Below the pieces are notes generated by a model. The model did no database searches, had not been told where the DNA came from, and saw only the letters and a list, made by a program, of their open reading frames with translations. Shown one piece after another: positions 8,801 through 18,500 of a stretch of 64,000 bases of DNA. Made by a program: the position numbers and the translations under genes. Numbering within the stretch: the stretch's first letter is position 1; each line of letters opens with the position of its first letter. Origin of the DNA: Candidatus Nealsonbacteria bacterium (GTDB lineage Bacteria; Patescibacteriota; Minisyncoccia; Minisyncoccales; RBG-13-42-11); assembly GCA_026396115.1 (NCBI GenBank), contig JAPLXL010000002.1, positions 69,142 to 133,141 of the forward strand, written 5' to 3'.

Positions 8801-10120
8801 ATGTCTATTTACGAACTGCCAAAATTTAAGATGCCGAAAATAAAACTGCCAAAATTTAACTTTCCTAAGTTTTTAAGGAACAGAATTTTTTGGCTGGCAG
8901 TTTTAATTATTTTTTTGTCTTCTTCTTTTGGTTTTTTAGCCGGAATTGTTTCTGGCAGTATTTTCTATTTGCAAATAAAAGATTATCTTTCCGGCTTAAA
9001 TATTAAACTTCCGGAAATTCAAAAATTGATTGAGAAAGAATATGTTTCTCAAACTACTCAAGAAGAAACAACAATAAATGTGGTAAAGAGCGCTTCTCCG
9101 GCAGTAGTCAGTATCGTTATCACCAAAGACGTTCCAATTATTGAAGAATATTACTACAACCCTTTTCCAGAATTTGGTCAGCAATTTCAAATTCCTCAAT
9201 ACCGGCAAAAAGGAACCCAAAAGCAGGAAGTTGGTGGAGGAACGGGCTTTATTGTTTCTGATGACGGAATGATTTTAACCAATAAACATGTGGTTTTAGA
9301 TACTGAAGCTGATTACACTGTTTTAACCAATGATGGGAAGAGTTATCCTGCCAAAGTTTTAGCTCGCGACCCTGTTCAGGATTTGGCAGTAATTAAGATT
9401 GACCAAGAAAAAATTGTGAATAGCCCGGGGAATTTCACTTTAACAAAGTTTCCAGTAGTAAGACTGGGTGATTCGGATGCTCTCCAAATCGGCCAGACCG
9501 TAATTGCCATCGGCAATGCCTTGGGAGAATTTCGAAATACGGTTTCAGTGGGTGTAGTTTCAGGTCTAGGGAGAAGCATTACTGCTTCAGGTGGCGGTTT
9601 ATCTGAAACTATTGAAGATGTTATCCAAACCGATACCGCTATTAATCAAGGGAATTCCGGTGGGCCGCTTCTTAACCTAAAAGGAGAGGTTGTTGGGATA
9701 GATACAGCTATGGTTCAGGGAGCCCAAAATATTGGTTTTGCTATTCCTATTAATAAAGCCAAAAAAGACATTGAGCAGATTAAAACCCTGGGGAAAATTG
9801 TTTACCCATATTTGGGGGTTAGATACGTTTTAATCACAGAAAAGATTCAGGAAGACAATAACTTGCTGGTTTCTTACGGTGCTTGGATTATTAAAGGATA
9901 CCAGGGAGAGTCAGCCGTTGCTTCTGGTTCAGCTGCTGAAAAAGCCGGCCTTAAAGAAAAAGACATAATTTTAGAGTTTAATGAAGAAAGGATTACTGTT
10001 GAAAATTCTTTAGCTAAAATTATTATGAAATATAACCCGGGAGACAGAGTTGTTTTGAAAATTTTGAGAAACGGCAAGGAAGAAATCATCCAGGCAACCC
10101 TGGACGAAATAAGCGAATAA
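8801..10120 (+). CDS. htrA: HtrA/DegP-family serine protease with PDZ domain
   Basis: Intact catalytic triad contexts TNKHVV, DLAVIKI and GNSGGPL. N-terminal TM anchor and C-terminal PDZ-like region. Confidence 0.9.
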   Translation: MSIYELPKFKMPKIKLPKFNFPKFLRNRIFWLAVLIIFLSSSFGFLAGIVSGSIFYLQIKDYLSGLNIKLPEIQKLIEKEYVSQTTQEETTINVVKSASPAVVSIVITKDVPIIEEYYYNPFPEFGQQFQIPQYRQKGTQKQEVGGGTGFIVSDDGMILTNKHVVLDTEADYTVLTNDGKSYPAKVLARDPVQDLAVIKIDQEKIVNSPGNFTLTKFPVVRLGDSDALQIGQTVIAIGNALGEFRNTVSVGVVSGLGRSITASGGGLSETIEDVIQTDTAINQGNSGGPLLNLKGEVVGIDTAMVQGAQNIGFAIPINKAKKDIEQIKTLGKIVYPYLGVRYVLITEKIQEDNNLLVSYGAWIIKGYQGESAVASGSAAEKAGLKEKDIILEFNEERITVENSLAKIIMKYNPGDRVVLKILRNGKEEIIQATLDEISE

Positions 10121-10157
10121 GAACAGTGTAATAAAAAAGGAAAGGAGGAAAAAACAC

Positions 10158-10340
10158 ATGGGCTTACATGGGACTGAGTCTAACCTGATAGAAAGGATGG
10201 ACGCCTATCAAAGAGAAGCAAGAGCAATAAAAAGAAAACTGGAAAACGGCGTTCCGGAAGAGAAAAGAGATAAGATTGAATCTCGCTTGAAAGACCTCAA
10301 AGGAAGATTAATTCCCGATCTTGTCCGAAAAATTTTTTAA
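10158..10340 (+). CDS. small helical hypothetical protein
   Basis: 60-aa ORF with an unusually strong SD (aaggagg, 8 nt before the ATG), followed by a rho-independent terminator. Confidence 0.4.
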   Translation: MGLHGTESNLIERMDAYQREARAIKRKLENGVPEEKRDKIESRLKDLKGRLIPDLVRKIF

Positions 10341-10375
10341 GGGTTTTTATGCTTCTACTCGGAGCACAAAAGTCA

Positions 10376-10425
10376 GGGGGATACAAGATGCGTAAACAGC
10401 GGATTGTATCCCCTTTTTTTATTTT
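10376..10425 (+). terminator. rho-independent terminator
   Basis: gggggatacaa (10376-10386) pairs with ttgtatcccc (10404-10413), followed by a T run. Confidence 0.7.
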
Positions 10426-10451
10426 TGAGGTTTTATTTTTTTTAAATTGTA

Positions 10452-10460
10452 TGCTATAAA
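10452..10460 (+). promoter_or_regulatory. extended -10 promoter candidate for clpB
   Basis: tgcTATAAA (TGn plus -10). It would place the transcription start just 5' of the repeat element that fills the clpB leader. Confidence 0.35.
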
Positions 10461-10470
10461 GAAAATGAAA

Positions 10471-10531
10471 GGCGAAGAGGACTTCGTCCTCTTCTTTACC
10501 TTCGCTTTTATAAATAAAAGCTTGGTGTATG
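10471..10531 (+). repeat. palindromic repeat family, two-hairpin variant abutting the clpB ATG
   Basis: ggcgaagaggac-ttcg-gtcctcttc tttaccttcgc; second hairpin gcttttat..ataaaagc; then ttggtgtATG. Confidence 0.85.
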
Positions 10532-13219
10532 AACGGTAATTTCACCCACAAATCTCAAGAGGTAATACTCCAGGCGCAGAATGCGGCCCAGGAAAGAGGC
10601 CAGCAGCAGATTGATGCTCTGCACCTCTTATACGCCCTGCTTTCTCAGGAAGAAAGCGTGGTTTTGAATTTGCTTGAAAGATTAGGAGCTGATATTGAGG
10701 ATTTAAAGAAGAAAACAAAGGCTGCCTTGGATAAAATTCCGGTAATTGCCACCACTCAAGTTTTTGGTCAATTGTATTTGACCCAGGATATGGCCAGGGT
10801 TTTAGAGAGAGCCAGACAGGAAGCCGCTAAAATGGGTGATGAATATATTTCGGTTGAACATTTATTTTTAGCTTTGTTAGATACTTCAACCAAAGCAAAA
10901 GAAATTTTAGACAAAACTAATTTTTTACAGCCGGGCGGCGGCGTCACTTCTTTGGAAATTGGCAAATTGGACTATGAAACAGTTTTGAAAACTTTAGCTC
11001 AGATTCGCGGAGGCCAAAGAATCACGGATCCCGAACCCGAATCAAAATATCAAGTTATTGAAAAATATGCCAGAAATTTAACTCAGTTGGCCCGTCAAGG
11101 GAAGTTGGATCCGGTAATTGGCAGGGAAAATGAAATCAGAAGATTAATGCAGGTTTTGTCGCGAAGAACAAAAAACAACCCGGTTTTAATTGGCGAAGCC
11201 GGGGTTGGCAAAACCGCCGTGGCCGAGGGCTTGGCTCAGAAAATTGTTTCCGGAAAAATTCCGGAATCCTTAAAAGATAAAGAAATTATTGCTTTGGATT
11301 TGGGAGCTTTGGTTGCCGGAACAAAATATCGGGGAGAATTTGAAGATAGAGTAAAAGCTCTTTTAAAAGAACTTAGTCGGTCAGGCGGCAGATATCTTCT
11401 GTTTATTGATGAACTGCATACCTTGGTTGGGGCCGGCGCGGCCGAAGGAGCGATTGATGCTTCTAATTTGTTAAAGCCGGCTTTGGGCCGGGGAGAATTA
11501 AGAGCAATTGGCGCCACCACCCTGAAAGAATATCAAAAATATATTGAAAAAGACCCGGCTTTAGAAAGAAGATTCCAGCCAATTTATGTTCAAGAGCCCA
11601 CAATTGAAGACACGGTGGATATTTTAAGAGGAATCAAAGAAAAATACGAACTTCATCACGGAGTAAAAATTAAGGATTCTGCCCTGGTGGCAGCTGCCGA
11701 GTTGGCTGCCCGTTATATTACCGACAGATTTTTGCCGGACAAAGCCGTAGATCTAATGGATGAAGCAATGAGCTCTTTAAGATTAGAAATTGAATCAGAA
11801 CCCTTAGAGCTTGAACAATTAAAAAATGAAATCCAAAAACTAGAAGTTGAAAAACGAGCCTTAAAGAAAAATAAAAAAAGACAAAAAGCAATTTCTCGCC
11901 AACTGGCTGATTTAAAAGAGAAAGCAAAAGAAATTGAAGCTCAATGGCAGGCAGAGAGAGAAGTTATTACTAAGATTAAAAACCTTAAAAAAGAAATAGA
12001 AAGTACTCGTTTTGAAGTAGAAAGAGCCCAGACCCAGGCCGATCTCCAAAAAGTGGCTGAATTAAAATACGGAAAAATTCCCAACCTTTTAAAAGAATTG
12101 AAGTCGGTTGAAAGAAAATTAGTTAGATTCCAAAAATCAAGACCAATTTTAAAAGAAGAAGTTTCAGAGGAAGAATTGGCCAGGGTTGTTTCTCTCTGGA
12201 CCGGCATTCCGGTTACTCGGCTTTTGGAAGAAGAAGTTAAAAAATTAGAAAAAATGGAAAATCTTCTTCAAAAAAGAGTCGTTGGCCAAAAAGAAGCAAT
12301 TTTGGCAATTTCTAATGCAATTCGAAGGGCAAGAGCTGGAATTTCAGAAGAAAACAGGCCTGTGGGCTCTTTTATGTTTTTAGGACCAACCGGTGTCGGC
12401 AAGACCGAAACTGCTAAAGCTTTGGCTGAATTTCTTTTTAACGACGAAAACGCTTTGATCAGGTTGGATATGTCAGAATATATGGAAAAGCACACTGTGT
12501 CGCGAATGATTGGTTCTCCTCCGGGCTATGTTGGTTACGAAGAAGGAGGTCAATTGACCGACAAAATCAGAAGAAGGCCTTATAGCGTAATTTTGATGGA
12601 CGAAATTGAAAAAGCCCATCCCGATGTTTTTAATATCCTTCTTCAGATTTTAGAAGACGGCAGATTGACCGACGCCAAAGGCAGAACAGCTTCTTTTAAA
12701 AACGCTATTTTGATTATGACTTCAAACGTTGGTTCAGACATTATCGCCAAAGAAGCGTCACTTGGTTTTATTGGTGGTGACGAAGCAATGGAAGCCAGGG
12801 AAAATTTAAAAGAAAAAGTAATGTCAGCTTTAAAGGAAAACTTCCGGCCCGAATTCCTGAATAGAATTGATGAAATTATTATTTTTAACTATCTCGGCAA
12901 AATGGAAATTAAAAAGATAGTTGATTTGCAATTGGCCATTGTTAGCGAACGCCTTAAACAAAAGAAAATTGAAATTAAGGTTACAGAACAAGCCAAAGAA
13001 TTTTTAGCCGAACGTGGTTTTGACCAGAACCTGGGAGCCAGGCCCTTAAAAAGAGTGATTCAGAAAATGGTTTTAGATCCTCTGGCTTTGAAAATAGTTT
13101 CCGGCGAGTTGAAAGAGAAAGACAATATAGTTGTTGATTTGCAGAATAACGAAATTGTTTTTAGAACTTTTGAAGATTTAGTAAAAAATGTTTCCAAAGA
13201 GAAACTTTTGGTTAAATAA
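10529..13219 (+). CDS. clpB: ATP-dependent disaggregase ClpB
   Basis: Two AAA+ modules (GEAGVGKT and GPTGVGKT Walker A motifs) with a long coiled-coil middle domain and a Clp N-domain. 896 aa. Confidence 0.95.
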   Translation: MNGNFTHKSQEVILQAQNAAQERGQQQIDALHLLYALLSQEESVVLNLLERLGADIEDLKKKTKAALDKIPVIATTQVFGQLYLTQDMARVLERARQEAAKMGDEYISVEHLFLALLDTSTKAKEILDKTNFLQPGGGVTSLEIGKLDYETVLKTLAQIRGGQRITDPEPESKYQVIEKYARNLTQLARQGKLDPVIGRENEIRRLMQVLSRRTKNNPVLIGEAGVGKTAVAEGLAQKIVSGKIPESLKDKEIIALDLGALVAGTKYRGEFEDRVKALLKELSRSGGRYLLFIDELHTLVGAGAAEGAIDASNLLKPALGRGELRAIGATTLKEYQKYIEKDPALERRFQPIYVQEPTIEDTVDILRGIKEKYELHHGVKIKDSALVAAAELAARYITDRFLPDKAVDLMDEAMSSLRLEIESEPLELEQLKNEIQKLEVEKRALKKNKKRQKAISRQLADLKEKAKEIEAQWQAEREVITKIKNLKKEIESTRFEVERAQTQADLQKVAELKYGKIPNLLKELKSVERKLVRFQKSRPILKEEVSEEELARVVSLWTGIPVTRLLEEEVKKLEKMENLLQKRVVGQKEAILAISNAIRRARAGISEENRPVGSFMFLGPTGVGKTETAKALAEFLFNDENALIRLDMSEYMEKHTVSRMIGSPPGYVGYEEGGQLTDKIRRRPYSVILMDEIEKAHPDVFNILLQILEDGRLTDAKGRTASFKNAILIMTSNVGSDIIAKEASLGFIGGDEAMEARENLKEKVMSALKENFRPEFLNRIDEIIIFNYLGKMEIKKIVDLQLAIVSERLKQKKIEIKVTEQAKEFLAERGFDQNLGARPLKRVIQKMVLDPLALKIVSGELKEKDNIVVDLQNNEIVFRTFEDLVKNVSKEKLLVK

Positions 13220-13935
13220 TGTTAAAAAACATTCTTAAAATTATTACCATTTTTATTATTGGAATGGTTGGTGGGATTTTCGCCAATCAGATTTTATGGC
13301 CTTATTTTGTTGAAAGGCCGCTTTTTTATCAATACGGCTTGGAGGAGAGCCCGACTTATATAACAGAAACAAAGGAAATAATTATTCAGGAAAATATCGC
13401 CCTTAAAGACGCGCTTGAGAAAGTAAAAAAAACAGTAGCCGGAGTGAGAACTCAAACCAAAACAGGTAAGGTTTTGGAGGGTTCCGGTTTTATCGTTACT
13501 TCCGACGGTTTAATGGTTACCCTGGCTGAACTCGTGCCCCAGGGCTCAGATTTCACCTTTTTTATAGATAACGAGTCGGTCTCTTTCCAAATTTTAAAAA
13601 GAGATTTAAAAGAAAATTTAGCTTTAATAAAAATTTCAGATTCTGTCTTTACCACGGTCAGCTTTGCCAGATTGGAGAAATTGAAAATGGGGGAGAGGGT
13701 TTTTTTGATCGGAGTTACCTTTGAAAATGAAATTCCTTCAAAACTGGTGAATGAAGGAATTGTTAAAACTTTTGACGAAAACTTTATTCAAACCAACATC
13801 CTTGAAAGCAGTCTTTTTGCCGGCAGCCCTCTTTTTAACATTGAAGGAGAAGTTCTGGGAATAAACACGATTGATTCTAAAGGGAGGGTCATTGCCATTC
13901 CCATTTCCAAAATCAGAGAATTCGTCGGATTGTAA
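13219..13935 (+). CDS. membrane-anchored HtrA-like trypsin-fold protein with all three catalytic residues substituted (pseudoprotease)
   Basis: Aligns to the htrA protease core in this window. TNKHVV becomes TLAELV, DLAVIKI becomes NLALIKI, and GNSGGPL becomes LFAGSPL. Its start overlaps the clpB stop (TAATG). Confidence 0.6.
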   Translation: MLKNILKIITIFIIGMVGGIFANQILWPYFVERPLFYQYGLEESPTYITETKEIIIQENIALKDALEKVKKTVAGVRTQTKTGKVLEGSGFIVTSDGLMVTLAELVPQGSDFTFFIDNESVSFQILKRDLKENLALIKISDSVFTTVSFARLEKLKMGERVFLIGVTFENEIPSKLVNEGIVKTFDENFIQTNILESSLFAGSPLFNIEGEVLGINTIDSKGRVIAIPISKIREFVGL

Positions 13936-13941
13936 AAATAT

Positions 13942-13985
13942 AAAAAGCTCACCAGATTAACTCTGTGTGAGCTTTTTGTTTTTTA
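13942..13985. terminator. bidirectional rho-independent terminator
   Basis: aaaaagctcac (13942-13952) pairs with gtgagcttttt (13967-13977), flanked by A and T runs. Lies between convergent genes. Confidence 0.7.
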
Positions 13986-13989
13986 TTAT

Positions 13990-14289
13990 CTATTTATTGG
14001 TATATTTTCCAATATTTTTTACCCGTCCCATATCTACTTCTTTTTCTTTTATCTCTCCTTCATTTATTTTCGGGTTTTTCATGATCCAAATCAAGAATTT
14101 CGAGCCCAAACAAGCAATAGATATTAGGCCTATTGTCTGTGCTATCAAGACACTATTAATTTGAAGGTAATAAATCTTGGCAATAAGATGTGCCTCAATA
14201 ATGACCTTACGGCAAAACCATATTGTTGATATTACCGTAACAAGACCTGTCACTACTTGCGCCACAAGTATTCTAAATCTTTCCATCAT
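13990..14289 (-). CDS. small membrane protein, unknown function
   Basis: Minus-strand ORF with 2-3 hydrophobic helices. I prefer the ATG at 14289, preceded by GAGGTG, over the GTG at 14301 used in the ORF track. Confidence 0.4.
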   Translation of the reverse strand: MMERFRILVAQVVTGLVTVISTIWFCRKVIIEAHLIAKIYYLQINSVLIAQTIGLISIACLGSKFLIWIMKNPKINEGEIKEKEVDMGRVKNIGKYTNK

Positions 14290-14611
14290 TTCTATTTTCA
14301 CCTCTCTTTCTTTCCATATTTATATTTTTAAAAAAAGAAAAATTTCTTTTTAACTAACTATACCTTAACATATTTAAAATAAAAAGTCAAGCCAGAAAGC
14401 ACTTTTTGAAATAAGTTATCCACAGGGGCGGGTTGTTTTTTTGTTTTTGGATTTGTTATGATAGGAAAATATGGCAAATTTTAAAAAATTTTTGAATAAA
14501 AAATTTCTTTTTGTTTTTGTATTTGTTTTAATCCTCGCTGTCGGAGGATTATTTTTTTGGTGGCAGAGATAATTATTAAAATCTCGAATAAGATATAGTT
14601 TAAGTGAAAGA

Positions 14612-14644
14612 AAGCCCATCGCTGGCGGCGGGCTTTATGTTTTC
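14612..14644 (+). terminator. terminator-like hairpin containing the left copy of the 15-bp direct repeat
   Basis: aagccc (14612-14617) pairs with gggctt (14630-14635), then tatgtttt. Confidence 0.4.
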
Positions 14645-14674
14645 CGCCAGATAAAATTTGATAAACGCCTTATT

Positions 14675-15022
14675 ATGAGATATTTATTTCTTGTGTTAAC
14701 GAGAGGACTTGCGACCTTTATTGTGCTTTTACTTAGCGTAATTTTTATTTTCTTATTTTTTCATAAAGTCCTTGATGGTTCTTTAGAGCTTATTATTTTT
14801 GCCCTGCTTGGATATATTACTGGAGCTATAATTCAGCCGAGCCACGAGTTTTTATTGCGTTTAAGGGCTCATAAAAGCAACTCTGAGATTGATTATGAAC
14901 TTGAGGCGCTTGAGACAATGGCACCACTATTAATTCGTTTTCGTAAGAGGACAGCCGATATTGTTTTTGATATTACTTTATTGGCGGGTATTATAGCTTT
15001 CTTTTTTGTCATTTTCTTTTAA
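14675..15022 (+). CDS. small 3-TM membrane protein, unknown function
   Basis: 115-aa ORF with hydrophobic helices at both ends and a charged central segment. Confidence 0.45.
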   Translation: MRYLFLVLTRGLATFIVLLLSVIFIFLFFHKVLDGSLELIIFALLGYITGAIIQPSHEFLLRLRAHKSNSEIDYELEALETMAPLLIRFRKRTADIVFDITLLAGIIAFFFVIFF

Positions 15023-15038
15023 TATAGGAGAATAATCT

Positions 15039-15440
15039 ATGGAAACGGAAAGAATAAAACAATTTTCATTTTGGAAGGCCCTTTTAGTAGTTTTTGTAAT
15101 AATCTTAGCTACATCAGGAATAACTTTTGGGTTTTTAGGTTTATACGACGAGGGTTTTATTGAGGGATTTAGTGGTCTTCTGATAATTGCTTTTATATTG
15201 GCACCAATCTTTACCTTTTTTATTAAGTGGCGGAGAGATTATAGGTTAACTGGTAAGCTATTCACTTTAAATTACAAAGAAATTAAGAGCTGGCAATTTC
15301 TATTTGCAGTTTTATTTTTTATATTTTCAATTTTTACAGTAGCAAGCACCTTCTTTCCGTCTGATTATAAAAATTTTAATTCTTTGCCACCAATCCAAAT
15401 AAATCCCGATGATTGGAACCCTTATGGTTATTATGGGTAA
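15039..15440 (+). CDS. small 3-TM membrane protein, unknown function
   Basis: 133-aa ORF with an SD-like aggag upstream, followed by a terminator. Confidence 0.5.
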   Translation: METERIKQFSFWKALLVVFVIILATSGITFGFLGLYDEGFIEGFSGLLIIAFILAPIFTFFIKWRRDYRLTGKLFTLNYKEIKSWQFLFAVLFFIFSIFTVASTFFPSDYKNFNSLPPIQINPDDWNPYGYYG

Positions 15441-15454
15441 CAAAAAGTCAAATT

Positions 15455-15480
15455 AAAGCCCCTCAAGCGGGGCTTTTTTT
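15455..15480. terminator. rho-independent terminator between convergent genes
   Basis: agcccc (15457-15462) pairs with ggggct (15469-15474), then a T run. Confidence 0.7.
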
Positions 15481-15563
15481 GATATAAAATGTCTATTAAG
15501 AGAAAAATCTTTTAAAAGGGGGCTTTTATTTTTCAGTTGAAACTCTGGCTAAGATTATAGCTT

Positions 15564-18500
15564 TCATAGTTTCTGAGTATTTACCAATTTATAATAAGGA
15601 TTTTTAGAGCATTTTGCCTTGATTTTTTCTGCCTTATTTAACCCTAAACCTTCTAACCCAATGTTGAAATATAGCGCAAAAACTAAATCATCAATATAGT
15701 TTTTCAGCTCTTGTTGTTTATCATAATCAATAATTGGTAAGGTTTTTAATTCAGATAAACTAATTATTGATTTTTCTAATTTTAATCCCTTACTATTATA
15801 TTTCTCGTCAATTGTTTTCTTAACTAAATTTTTACCACCTTTTATATGAATTTTAATTTTTTCTTTATCTTTTTCTAAAATTAGATTATTGCTTTCTACT
15901 GAAACGTTATCAAATTTTTGGAGCATTACTTTTGAAAAATCAACAAAGTGGGATAGCGTTTCCTCCCCTAACTTTAACATTTTTTCCACGCTATTTATGA
16001 TTTCATTTTTTATTTTTTGATTACCATCTGTAATTTTAGGTATTCGCACGAATTCTTTGATAGCCCTCAGCGGTATAAAATAATCTTTTTCATTTTCTTG
16101 TCTGAGATTTTCTTCAAGAATCAATTTGGTAATAGGAGAATTAAGTAAGGAAAAATAAAATAATAATTCGTTTTTTGAGTTAGAACTAACAGTCAACGAT
16201 TGGTTATTGATTAGGAGAATATTTCTATCTGTGAATTGGAAACGATTAGCAAATCTCGTTCGCCAGATGATTTTAAATTTTTTATGGAAGGTAGCTATTC
16301 CTTGACTTCCAGAAGGAAATTCAAAAGAACCATTGATAGGATAATATTTCTCGCTTTTACTTATCGTATATGCATCCCAATCGTTAGTTTTATAGTCAAA
16401 AATTTCAAAACAGTCATCATTAGCTCGGTTTTTAATTGAATCTTCGTTTATTATAACCCCTCCATCAAAAGAAAAGTCATCGTTGGGAGTTAATTTAACT
16501 CTAAAAGATGAGATATCAATCGTATTTTTCTTATATTCTTCGTGGAAATTTAAAAATTTCTTCTCTTGTTTAATAAAATTCCAGTTTGCGACATTCTGTA
16601 ATAATTCTTCTTGCGGGATTTCTTTCTCGGAAATTTTCTCTCCCTTAAGAATATTCTGTAAAGTTTCTTCTATGTTGTCATCAGGATTTTTATAATTTAT
16701 TACCTTAACCTTATTTGTTGCCAAAGGTATTTTTCTGCTAAGAACGAAAATCAAACTTGAAGTAGGTACTGGTTTATCTTGTTTCAACCCCCTACCTATA
16801 AACATTTTCCCACTGAAAATTATGATTTTTTCAAGGGTTGTAAATTTAGCCAAATGATAACGAAGGACATCAAGGTCGCCAGCGTTTAATAATGTTTGAG
16901 GAATAATATAGCATAGTTTTCCGTTGTCTTTCAATAATGCAATTCCTAAAGCAATAAAAAAGGCATAGAGGTTGGGCTTTGGAGAGTATGGTTTAATCCT
17001 ATTAGGCACGGTATTTAAATTTACGCCATAAATATCACTCATCTGAACTTTTTTATCCTGTATAAGCTTTACTATTAAAACGCCCTGTTTAGAAGATTCG
17101 TTATATCCAATATACGGTGGATTGCCGATTACATAATCAAATCTTTTTCTTGGCGGACGCATACTTTTTTTCGTATTTTCTAAATCACCTTTTTCTCTCA
17201 TATAACTATCAAATTCAAATTCTAATTTCTTAATATTAAAAAGTGGTCGTTGCCCTCCGCCAATGCCCATAAGGTCGTTTTCAGTATTGTTTATCTCTGA
17301 AAAAATAAACTCTGATATTGAATCTTTTGTCCAGAAAACTTTAATTTTTTTATCAATTGGATTGTTGTATTTTTCGTTAATAATCAACGGCAACATTCTC
17401 ATCACAATGTTCATCTCAGCCAGATATAGTGGAAATTCCGCTATATCTAAACCAAAAACATTTTCATTAACCAGTTCTTCTACCTCTTTTGAAGAATTTT
17501 CTGAGCCGTTCGGCACGGCGTTGATAATTTGATTAACAGCACTATATAAAAAAGTTCCACTACCGCAAGATGGGTCAATAATAGAAATATAATTTTCTTC
17601 AGGGTTATTATCTAACCTCTTTTTAATATTTTCTGGGTTATAACCAATCTGTTTAAGCATAAAGTTGACCACATCTGGGTCTGTGAAATATTGTCCCTTT
17701 TGTTCTTCTTTGTAGAGTTCCTTTAAGTAGTTTTCGTAGATATAACCAAATATTTCATTTCGGACATTGGCGAAGTTATATTTTTTAATAAATACAAAAA
17801 TGTCTAACCACGGGGAGACATCGTGCAGTTCGTTTTTAGGTTTACGCAAAAGCTCTATGAGTTTATTTGTAATAAATTCTTGTTCTTTAGCGAATGGACG
17901 ATAAATATTTTTAGATATTTCATTAGAAATACCATCAATAATACCTAAAATTTTGCCGTATTGCTTTACCTTTAAGCACTCGTAAATACCATTTTGAATA
18001 TCTGTAAACTCTTTTTTAAAAGAACTAAAATCGTTATCTACTAATGTTTTATAGAGTATAAATTGGATAATATAAGCATAAGTAATCTCAATAGCAATTT
18101 TTCCTTTTTGTTTTTTATCGGTAGTCTCTAAATATCCTTCAATCTCTAGCTTATTTTTAAAATCTCTTATTAAGGTTGTTATGTCCCTAAAAAAGTCTTG
18201 TCTTTTTTTATCTATCGAAATATCCTCTGGAATAATCTTTAATTGTCCTTTTTCCTCAAAAAATGATAAATAATAAAATTCTGGCTTGATATACTCCTCC
18301 CAATATTCCCTAAATAATTCAGGATTTTCAAAAATTTGCTTCAAATTAAATTCTTTTAGTAAATAAGCATTATTATAAAATTGCCAAGTATAACCATCTG
18401 TCAAAATCCCATATTTTTTATCTAAATCAAGTTGATATTGAAGTAATTGGCTAAGGCCGTTTTCAATGTTTCCGTATTGCTCCACCTCAAGAGGAATATT

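Noticed and set aside
13967-14164. 65-aa plus-strand ORF overlapping the terminator and the minus-strand membrane-protein gene.
   Set aside because: It starts inside the terminator stem. The opposite-strand ORF is longer and has an SD-like GAGGTG.
14416-14424. Perfect DnaA-box consensus TTATCCACA. A related 11-mer, aagttatccac, recurs inverted at 18959-18969.
   Set aside because: These are only two isolated boxes 4.5 kb apart. There is no box cluster, AT-rich unwinding element or dnaA/dnaN nearby, which is not enough to call an origin. The inverted 11-mer near the island ends is noted but could be chance.
14416-14619. 67-aa minus-strand ORF in the 14.3-14.67 kb spacer.
   Set aside because: It is K/N/F-rich low-complexity sequence crossing a promoter-like AT-rich region. 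The short plus-strand TM-peptide ORF (14471-14572) is at least as plausible, and neither can be supported firmly.
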